Of a stretch of DNA of 64,000 nucleotides, positions 27,594 through 35,622 are shown piece by piece (the first letter of the stretch is position 1; each line of letters begins with the position of its first letter). The notes below the pieces were generated by a model. The model made no database searches and had not been told where the DNA came from. It saw nothing but the letters and a program-made list of their open reading frames with translations. Both the position numbers and the translations under genes were made by a program. This DNA is from a virus, in IMG/VR virus record IMGVR_UViG_3300035527_000189, positions 2,889-66,888 of that record; one strand, given 5' to 3'.

Positions 27594-28184
27594 ATGAGAG
27601 GAAGAATTAGTTTTAAAACTAAAGAAAGATACAGAAAATCTATGCGGGATGTTATTAAAGGTCTTGGTAGGAAAGTTTTAGTTTATAAACAACCTATAAA
27701 GAATGAGTGTGCTAATTGCTTCTTTGATAAATTTACTGGTACTTCTTCTGGAAAATGTAAATGGTCTTATAACCAAGCTAAAGATAAGCAGGCTGAATAT
27801 GAGGCATCTGGTGGAACAGATCTGCGTTATAAATACTTTAGAGCTGGCCGTTGCCCAATATGTAGAGGACAGGGTTATATAGAAATACCTAGGAAGGTTT
27901 GGGTGGACTGTCTTGTTACTTGGAATCCTAGTGAAGATAGTGCTAATAATTTAACTTTTACACCAGCGGGTACTGAAGGTTCTACTGTAGTTAGATTAAA
28001 AACTGATCCCAAATATTTTGACATATTTAAGAACTGTGATAAGCTTGAGATTGATGGTATAGAGTGTAAGTTGTCTAAACCACCTACTGTTAGAGGGCTA
28101 GGTAATCAAACTACTTTAATAATTGTAGCCTTTACTACTGAAAAGCCTCAATTAGATAGTGGTGAGGTAATCAAAGAGTATTAA
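27594..28184 (+). CDS. Putative head-closure/neck protein with Zn-binding Cys pairs
   Basis: ECANC..C and RCPICRGQGY; RBS aggag. Confidence 0.45.
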   Translation: MRGRISFKTKERYRKSMRDVIKGLGRKVLVYKQPIKNECANCFFDKFTGTSSGKCKWSYNQAKDKQAEYEASGGTDLRYKYFRAGRCPICRGQGYIEIPRKVWVDCLVTWNPSEDSANNLTFTPAGTEGSTVVRLKTDPKYFDIFKNCDKLEIDGIECKLSKPPTVRGLGNQTTLIIVAFTTEKPQLDSGEVIKEY

Positions 28185-28825
28185 TGGGTGTTGAAAGTAA
28201 AATAAAAAAGATGGCTAAAGACATTGATGCTTTTGTATTAGAGGCATTAAAAGAAGTATTGAATGAAGAGGTAGAGAATATTAAGTATTTAATTATGGAT
28301 GGCTTTAATCTTTTATCGGCCATGGTAACTAATCCAGATAGTAAAACAGATCCTATATTATATAGAAGGAAATTTGAAGATAGAATTGAGAATTTTAATT
28401 ATATAGAGGTTGGAGAAAATAGTGTAAAAATACACACACCTGATATGGAAAATTTTGATTTTTCTGAATTAGAAATTGTAGAACAGATATTAGAAGGTAC
28501 AGTAGGGGTGTTTGTTGAAATATCACAAGAGGATATGGAAAAAATTACCGGTAAGACTGTAGTAAATAATAAACCAGTAGATCCATCAGTTCCTAAAAAG
28601 GATAGAATATATTTAGAAAGATATACTCCAAAGGTTAGACAGAAAGAAAAAGAGGTTCTTGAAAAGAAACTAGTTAGATTTCCTTTTTCAAACACACCCC
28701 CTTTATATGGGAGGGTTTTTGGTCCGGCAGAAGAGTATGTAAGTGATAATATCGAATTTTGGTCAGATGAGGCCTTAAGAAAAGGTAGAAGCAAAATGTT
28801 AGATTATTATAAGGGGGTAAGATGA
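28184..28825 (+). CDS. Hypothetical neck/tail-completion protein
   Basis: Coupled taATG; position. Confidence 0.5.
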   Translation: MGVESKIKKMAKDIDAFVLEALKEVLNEEVENIKYLIMDGFNLLSAMVTNPDSKTDPILYRRKFEDRIENFNYIEVGENSVKIHTPDMENFDFSELEIVEQILEGTVGVFVEISQEDMEKITGKTVVNNKPVDPSVPKKDRIYLERYTPKVRQKEKEVLEKKLVRFPFSNTPPLYGRVFGPAEEYVSDNIEFWSDEALRKGRSKMLDYYKGVR

Positions 28826-29769
28826 TGCAATCATTGAGGAAGGAAGATTTAAGTTTATCTCATCATATAAAACACACCGCACTTAGAGATTTTATTGAAA
28901 AAGAAGAACAGGTGCCTCTACAATTGATGTCTAATATGTCTTGTACTGGTACATATGTCTATGAAGCTATTACTTCTACCTTACCTAGTCCTACAGATAG
29001 GGGAAGGGGTTGGGTTTATTTTGATTGCCCACAATATGATGAGTACGGTGATTGTATTTATTCATTACCGACTTGTAATCCTGAATTTGTTATGGTTTCA
29101 GGTACTGATGCACATGGTGCATCTTGTATAGGTACTCCAGAGCAATCGGAAAGAGTTATAGTTTATGACAGTAACTTACAAACAATTTCAGGGGTTCCAT
29201 ATGTAATAGATTATCTTGATGGTAGGGTTGTTTTGGCTACTAATTCAGTGATACCTAAATATGTTGATTATTATTGGAATTATGTAAGTGTTGTCGATGA
29301 ATGGGCAGCTATAGAAGCTTCAGATCCACCAGTAGTTGTAATAGATATGTTTGGAACTGATAAAGATGGTTATCAGTTTGGCGGGGGAAAGAAGGTTAAT
29401 AGAAAAGTTGATATACATGTATTTGCATCTAATACATCTGAAAGAAATGATCTTGTAGAAGCCATACATGATAGTTTATATAATAAGAGTGCCCCAATTT
29501 ATGAATTTCCTACAGGTGATGTTTTAGATTTTGATGGGACTTTTTATGGTAGAAAAGATAATCCAAATAAACTAACCTCTCTATTTAATAGAACGACATT
29601 AAATAATACAAGTGTCACACACGGAGGAATGATGTTTCAAAAAGTTTCTTCTAGGCACGTTAATTTACCTCTGGTTATGTCGTTAAGTAGGAATGAAGTC
29701 ATGTTGAGTGACTTAAATGCGTACAGATCTAGAATATCTTTTGAAGTAGAAATATATACAAGGAAATAA
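28822..29769 (+). CDS. Putative tail terminator/completion protein
   Basis: PPVVVID..G.....GGG......VDIHVFASN.SERNDLVE pattern; upstream of the tail tube gene. Confidence 0.5.
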   Translation: MMQSLRKEDLSLSHHIKHTALRDFIEKEEQVPLQLMSNMSCTGTYVYEAITSTLPSPTDRGRGWVYFDCPQYDEYGDCIYSLPTCNPEFVMVSGTDAHGASCIGTPEQSERVIVYDSNLQTISGVPYVIDYLDGRVVLATNSVIPKYVDYYWNYVSVVDEWAAIEASDPPVVVIDMFGTDKDGYQFGGGKKVNRKVDIHVFASNTSERNDLVEAIHDSLYNKSAPIYEFPTGDVLDFDGTFYGRKDNPNKLTSLFNRTTLNNTSVTHGGMMFQKVSSRHVNLPLVMSLSRNEVMLSDLNAYRSRISFEVEIYTRK

Positions 29770-29770
29770 T

Positions 29771-31195
29771 ATGCCAGCAAAACTGACTATTGAAAAGGTA
29801 AGGAAAGAATTTAAGGATAAGGGTTTTGAGTTGATTACTGATACTTATATCAATTCAAGGCAGTTATTTAGATTCAAATGTAGTTGTGGTAATGAGTCTC
29901 AAATGAGACTTGATCACTTAAGACAAGGAGTCAAATGTGCTTATTGTTCTGGGAATAAAAAACTAACAATAGAACATGTTAGGAAAGAACTGCTTAAAGA
30001 GGGATATACATTAGACAGTACTACTTATACTAATAGTGCTACTAAATTTAATTATACTTGCCCAAAAGGGCATAAAGGTAGTATTAATTGGAATAATTGG
30101 GGCATAGGTCATAGATGTTCAGTGTGCTTTGGTACTAGTAAATACTCTACTGATTATATAAAAGAAAATTTGGCGGAAGAAGGATATCAACTTATTGATA
30201 AAGAGTATTTAGGTAATAAATATAAATTAACACTTATTTGTCCCAACAAACATGAATATAAAGTGTCTTGGGATAATTGGAAAAGTAAAGGATCAAGATG
30301 CCCTAAATGTAACGAGATAGGAATTTCAAAACCAGAAAAAGAAATTCAGGATTTCTTAAAGAGTTTCGATATTAGTTTTAGAACTAATGATAGACTTTTA
30401 ATTAAACCATATGAATTAGATATAGTAATTCCTTCTAAAAAGATAGCTATTGAATACTGTGGTTTATACTGGCATTCCGAAATTTTAGGTAAGGATAGAA
30501 AATATCATTCACTTAAATTAGATAAATGTTTAGAGAGGGGCTACAAATTAATAACTATTTTTGAAGATGAATGGTTGAGTAAAACTGAAATAGTTAAAAA
30601 TAGATTAAGAAATCTTTTATTTGATTATAATAATCTAACTACAGTATATGCAAGAAACTGTGTTGTTAAAGAAATAAGTAGTAAAGTAGCAAAAGAGTTT
30701 TGTATTGATAATCATATACAAGGCTATGCTATTAGTAATACAAGATTAGGTTTATTTTTAAAGGATGAATTAGTATCAGTTATGACATTTGCTAAACCAT
30801 CATTAAGTAAAGGACAGAAGATTAGTAAAGAATATGTATGGGAATTATCTAGGTTTTGTTCTAAATCAGGTTTTAGGGTTATTGGTGGAGCATCGAAACT
30901 CTTGAAGTATTTTGAGAGGAATTATGACTGGTCAGAGATTTTTTCATATGCTGATAGAAGATGGTCTGATGGTAATTTATATGATAAGTTGGGGTTTGAC
31001 TATATTAATACTACTAAACCTAATTACTGGTATTTTAAAAATAATACTAAAAGATATCATCGTTTTTCTTTAAGGAAAACAAAAGAAGACATTAAAGAAA
31101 TGACAGAATGGGAAATTAGAAAATCACAAAATTGGAATAGAATCTGGGATTGTGGAAATTTAAAATTTAATAAGACAAAGGAAAGGTTTGCCTGA
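29771..31195 (+). CDS. Free-standing Hef-like endonuclease, paralogue of 11561
   Basis: Three C..GH / CP..H Zn-ribbon repeats, ELDIVIPSKKIAIEYCGLYWH, ELSRFCS..GGASKL, RIWDCG. Confidence 0.7.
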   Translation: MPAKLTIEKVRKEFKDKGFELITDTYINSRQLFRFKCSCGNESQMRLDHLRQGVKCAYCSGNKKLTIEHVRKELLKEGYTLDSTTYTNSATKFNYTCPKGHKGSINWNNWGIGHRCSVCFGTSKYSTDYIKENLAEEGYQLIDKEYLGNKYKLTLICPNKHEYKVSWDNWKSKGSRCPKCNEIGISKPEKEIQDFLKSFDISFRTNDRLLIKPYELDIVIPSKKIAIEYCGLYWHSEILGKDRKYHSLKLDKCLERGYKLITIFEDEWLSKTEIVKNRLRNLLFDYNNLTTVYARNCVVKEISSKVAKEFCIDNHIQGYAISNTRLGLFLKDELVSVMTFAKPSLSKGQKISKEYVWELSRFCSKSGFRVIGGASKLLKYFERNYDWSEIFSYADRRWSDGNLYDKLGFDYINTTKPNYWYFKNNTKRYHRFSLRKTKEDIKEMTEWEIRKSQNWNRIWDCGNLKFNKTKERFA

Positions 31196-31286
31196 CGATA
31201 TCGACGCCTCATCATATCAAGGGCAAATAAGGAAGTTTTATACCAACCTGAGTGCTATTTAAAATTGACAGGAGGAAATAAAAAAT

Positions 31287-33391
31287 ATGGCACGTAACAG
31301 AATAATTTATGCATCACAAAGTGTTTGGGTAAATGGTGAGGTACTTTACAGAGTTCAGTCTCTTGGTACTACAACTTCATTTACAAGCGAAGATATTTTC
31401 GAGCTCGGTCCAAGTGGCCCTTCATATCAGTAATGATATGTCGAAACTCCTCTAATTGCTGGAACTCCCTAACATATAGAGATGAGGGTAATCAGCAGCG
31501 AAGCCTTAATATTTTAAGGAACGTTCAACGACTAGGCGAAAGCCGTAGGTTCTAAGTGGAATCGAAACGGGGAGGTTCCTAGTGTAATAGGAACTTGATA
31601 TAGTCTGAACTTATAAGAAATTATAAGCCACATAGGTGGGAGCAAAAGTAACGATTTTGCTTTAACAAAATGCATCTCGATATTATCGACGTAGTGGACG
31701 ATGTCAGGTAGGCATCCTTATTAGGTAACTAATATGTAAAATTTCACGATATGCTGGAAACTCTCGTTAAGCTTTAGGTACTAGCCTTAAGGCAGTGAAA
31801 ATCTTAAAGATAGAGACAATCAGCAGGAAACCTTTTATAGGGTTCCTCAACGACTGATGTGTGAAACCCCTTAAATAAGGGTGATGATACAGTCTGAACT
31901 TGGCGGAGACGTCAAGAGGGAGTGCCGAAGAGCCTCCCCGCCTAACAGGTAAAGCTGAGGTCTTTACAAGTAACAGTATGCCCTGCAGTAAGTGTAACAC
32001 TAAATACCAATGATTTTGGTGATGTAAAAACTCTTGCAGTACTTGCACAAGTAGCTCCAGCGAAAATTATGATGGACGCTACCGCTACTTCAAGTAATGC
32101 TAACTTAGTTGCCGGTGGGAGCACCTATTTACATGGTGTAGCTCTTGCAGATTTCGCGGTAACTTGTGGTAACCTTACTGGGGTTACGCTTTGGGCTCCA
32201 GTACAGGGTGAATGTTCTATTGGTACATTGGCTAATGACATTGATCAGACTATGTTTCTTGATGAAGTTTATATCAACAGTTTTGAACTTAGTTATTCAA
32301 CTGGAGCTAATGCTACCGAGAACTACGGAGCAGAAACAGATAATAAGATGTGGTTATTGAATGATGGTAAATTTGTTAATTATCAGGAAATCACCGTTAC
32401 AGGTGGAGCGGTTTCTGGTACTTTGAATTTAGCAGATGACGAAGAGGTAGCTGTACTTACAGCTGGTATTGGTTTCTTGAGAAAAGATGCTAATGGTGCT
32501 CCAGCGGTAACTTGGTGGGATTCCAGTGAAAACGAGATGGAGAATGTTGAAATTGCAGTTGGTACTGCTCCTGTAGATAATACTTATATTTATCACAACA
32601 CTGGTTCAGGACATATTATCTATTTCCCAACCGTGACCAAAGTTCCAGCAGATGGAGATAAAATCCAGTTAGTCTACTCTGCTAGTGCTTATGCAGCGAT
32701 GAATGAATATTTTATACCTCTAGAAGAACCTACTGAAAGACCAGATAGTGTAGGTGCTTTAAGACAGGGACAAGTAGAAGTTTACATTGTAGATCCAGAT
32801 GATATTTCAGCTGTTGATTATACTAATGCTTGGCGCTTAACCAGTGCCTCCATTTCTGCAGATCTTACTCGTGAGCCACTTGCAGAACTTGGTCATTTAG
32901 GTCCTTATGATAGACCGTTAACTCTGCCTATCCCAATTACTATGAGTGTTGATTCTACTGCTGGTGATTTGGAAAACTGGGCAAAGTTTGCAGGGCTTTT
33001 GAAAGATTACCAAGATGAAACAGTAGATGATATCGATCTTGCTGATCTTATGAACAAAAGTAATTTAATTTTGGTTGCTAAGGTTTTTCAGCAGACTGAT
33101 GAGGAAGCTGGCGGAACCCACGATAATCGTAAGGTTCTTACTGGTTCGGAACTAGAAGGTGAGGAGTATTTCTTTGATGGTACAATGTCTACCTATTCAG
33201 GTGGAGACACCGAGAGAGCTCTAAAAACTGTTGTTGTTAAGAATCTAAAAATCACTGACGAAGGTATGACTTTGGATGTAGGCTCTAATGCTACCCAGAC
33301 CTTTGGTTTTAGATCCACTAATGATCTATTTGTAATTAAAGGTGATGTTTCTTACGACACTGTTAAATCTAGTATTGTACGTAACGTTTAA
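31287..33391 (+). CDS. Major tail (tube) protein, spliced: join(31287..31409,31673..31704,31981..33391), 521 aa
   Basis: RBS aggagg + ATG 31287; exons sum to 1566 nt: MARNRIIYAS..IFELG|HLDIIDVVDDV|PAVSVTLNTND.. in frame with the track ORF at 32069; followed by chaperones and TMP. Confidence 0.85.
31410..31672 (+). ncRNA. Group I intron Tail-A, ORF-less (263 nt)
   Basis: P1 ggT/Gcc, P2 catatc/gatatg, P4 tgctgg/tcagca, P7 gacta/tagtc, P7.1 ggc-gaaa-gcc, ends taacaaaatG; in-frame TAA at 31431. Confidence 0.9.
31705..31980 (+). ncRNA. Group I intron Tail-B, ORF-less (276 nt), near-identical to MCP-1
   Basis: P1 gatgT/Gcatc, P3 tttcac/gtgaaa, core shared with 7125-7404, ends aagtaacagtatG; phase-2 junction gt|c restores Val. 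Confidence 0.92.
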
Positions 33392-33400
33392 AACATATAA

Positions 33401-33427
33401 GGGAGGGGATTTTCCCCTCCCATTTAT
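33401..33427 (+). terminator. Intrinsic terminator-like hairpin
   Basis: gggagggg-atttt-cccctccc then atttat. Confidence 0.7.
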
Positions 33428-33447
33428 GTAACTTAATAATAGATATA
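33427..33447 (+). promoter_or_regulatory. TGTAAC element directly after the terminator
   Basis: ttatgtaacttaataata is identical to 63304-63321. Confidence 0.5.
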
Positions 33448-33468
33448 AAGGAAGGTAGTAAAAGGGAT

Positions 33469-33717
33469 ATGGAAAATAAATACACTGAAAATAGCAGAAA
33501 AAAATTAACGGCACTTATTAAGAAAGAAGTGACTAGGATGATGGAACAATCATTGGATTTTGCTCATGTGGCTTGCCCGCCGGATAACTTCAAGCAGCTA
33601 AGATCGAAGATTTTAAGGGCAGGAAACAATTGTATGAGAAGTTTAGAAAGAGACCTCGATGATTTTGAGGTTAATTATACCAGAGTAACCGAAGAGGTTA
33701 TTGAATTTAGAAATTAA
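33469..33717 (+). CDS. Hypothetical protein (82 aa)
   Basis: RBS; coupled to the next gene via taATG. Confidence 0.6.
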   Translation: MENKYTENSRKKLTALIKKEVTRMMEQSLDFAHVACPPDNFKQLRSKILRAGNNCMRSLERDLDDFEVNYTRVTEEVIEFRN

Positions 33718-34541
33718 TGGAAAAGGAGAAAAGTAATATGGTTGAAGTAAATGAAGATAGGAGAAGTTTTGTTGGTCCAGATGAGGAGACAGAATATTTT
33801 ATTAGTACTCCCAGTGCTGAAGATATTAGAGGTGCAGATTGGCAATATAGTAAAACCTATACCAGATGTTTAAATGAAGGTATTGTTACTAGTGCTGAAA
33901 TGACTGACATTCTGAAAAGAAGAGGAATTATTGGTAACGATTACAATATGAGGGTACGTGAATTACAGAATGAGCTCAATAGAAGAATTTTGGCTTTAAA
34001 TGATTCTACTGATAATGAAAACAAAGCTGATTTAGCAGTTCAGGTAGCTGAATGTAGAGAAGAGCTTTTTCAATGGAATCAACGATTAAGTGGACCTATG
34101 TCTAATACTTGTGAACAGATATCAGACGATGCCCGTTTAGAATATTTAACTGCTTGTATTATTGAAGATAAAGAGGGGAATCGGGTTTGGCCAGAATATG
34201 AAGATTTTTTGGCTGTGAAAGATCAATCCCTTTCTATGAAAGCTAGATATGAAGTTATGCTTTTCTTACAAGGGTATTCTTCTGATTTCTTGGAACAAAC
34301 ACCAGAAGCACGGGCTATGAAAGAGATAGAGGCTGAGATTATTTCAAAAGCTGCACAAGAAGCTGCTGACGAATTGGAAGAGGAAGATAAAGCTAAAAAG
34401 GAAGATATTGATTCAGAACCATCTTCTGAAGAAAAACCGATTGCAGATGAAAAACCTGCAGTTGCTAAAAATAAACCTGCAGCTAGTAAAAAGAAAACTA
34501 AGTCTAAAAAGCCAGAAAAGAGTAAAGATTCTAAAGGTTAA
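33717..34541 (+). CDS. Putative tail assembly chaperone
   Basis: Between tail tube and TMP; helical, acidic then K-rich tail. Confidence 0.55.
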   Translation: MEKEKSNMVEVNEDRRSFVGPDEETEYFISTPSAEDIRGADWQYSKTYTRCLNEGIVTSAEMTDILKRRGIIGNDYNMRVRELQNELNRRILALNDSTDNENKADLAVQVAECREELFQWNQRLSGPMSNTCEQISDDARLEYLTACIIEDKEGNRVWPEYEDFLAVKDQSLSMKARYEVMLFLQGYSSDFLEQTPEARAMKEIEAEIISKAAQEAADELEEEDKAKKEDIDSEPSSEEKPIADEKPAVAKNKPAASKKKTKSKKPEKSKDSKG

Positions 34542-34544
34542 AAA

Positions 34545-35552
34545 ATGCTACTTAATGAGGATGAAGTAGAGAAATATTTAATTAATATAAGCTCGGGCAA
34601 AAAATTGGTTTGTATAGATAATAAGTTTCTTACTTTTAAGTATCCTGATAATTTAGTAAAGCAAAAAGCAGAAATTATATATGATAATGAACTAGAGGAG
34701 GCCGTTAAAGGCGGCCTCCTTCTTAAAAAGGATTTACAAAAATTAATTGATGTTAGGGAACTTTTTTCAGAGGATGATCAGAAGAAACTTAATAGATTAG
34801 AATCTAAATTAGAAGGGCAAAAAGTTCTTTTAGCTAAAACTACAGTAGTTAAGGCTAATCAAGAAAGAATAAAGAAAATAATAAATGAAATACAGACAGA
34901 GATAAATGAGTTAAATTTTAAGAAATCATCTAAATTATCAATGTCTGCTGAAGTAAGGGCAAATGAAGAAAGATCATTATTTCTTTGTTGGGCTTGTACA
35001 TTTAATGAAAATGATGAGCTTTATTGGCCAGATTTTAAATCATTTAAGTGTACAAAAGATATAAATCATAGGGATAAAATTCTTACCGATTTTTTGAAAT
35101 TTTATTTCGGCTTGCCGACAAATATTGTGAGATTTATAGCTAGAAATAACTTATGGAGAATAAGATATGTCAGTAGTCAAAAAGTTTCAGATCCTCTATT
35201 TGGGGTACCTACTTCTGAATATACTTCTGACATGTTGAGTTTAGCTTATTGGTCTAATTATTATGATAATATTTATCAGATGATGCCTGAAGACAGACCA
35301 AGTGATTTGGTTATAGAAGATGATCAATCTCTTGACGCATATATGAAATCATATTATGAGGAAAGGAACAGGGAGGATGCGTCCAGGAGAAGTAAGAAAA
35401 AATCAACTGGCAAATTGTCAGCATTTGATCAGGAAGAAGTAATTGTTACTGCTTCTAATGAATTATATCAAGATATCGAATATAGTACTCCAAGAGAGTC
35501 TCAAAGAATTAAAGATAGAATTGATATAAAAAAGAAGGTTAAGCGAGGATAG
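34545..35552 (+). CDS. Putative second tail assembly chaperone
   Basis: Immediately upstream of TMP; DDQSLDAYM..YYEER motif; partly similar in style to the preceding ORF. Confidence 0.55.
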   Translation: MLLNEDEVEKYLINISSGKKLVCIDNKFLTFKYPDNLVKQKAEIIYDNELEEAVKGGLLLKKDLQKLIDVRELFSEDDQKKLNRLESKLEGQKVLLAKTTVVKANQERIKKIINEIQTEINELNFKKSSKLSMSAEVRANEERSLFLCWACTFNENDELYWPDFKSFKCTKDINHRDKILTDFLKFYFGLPTNIVRFIARNNLWRIRYVSSQKVSDPLFGVPTSEYTSDMLSLAYWSNYYDNIYQMMPEDRPSDLVIEDDQSLDAYMKSYYEERNREDASRRSKKKSTGKLSAFDQEEVIVTASNELYQDIEYSTPRESQRIKDRIDIKKKVKRG

Positions 35553-35622
35553 GGTTTTACATTTTTTTGAATTAAAGGATTAAATATATGCAATGTATAT
35601 TATAAACTAGGAGGGTACAATC

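Noticed and set aside
5433-31251. 10-mer tcaggttggt (5433) is the reverse complement of accaacctga (31242), each upstream of a structural gene
   Set aside because: Only two copies in opposite orientation; a 10-nt match is plausible by chance
31196-31286. gggcaaa-containing leader of the tail gene as a c-di-GMP-I riboswitch
   Set aside because: Lacks the P2 stem, GNRA loop and receptor, and the GACGCAAAG segment
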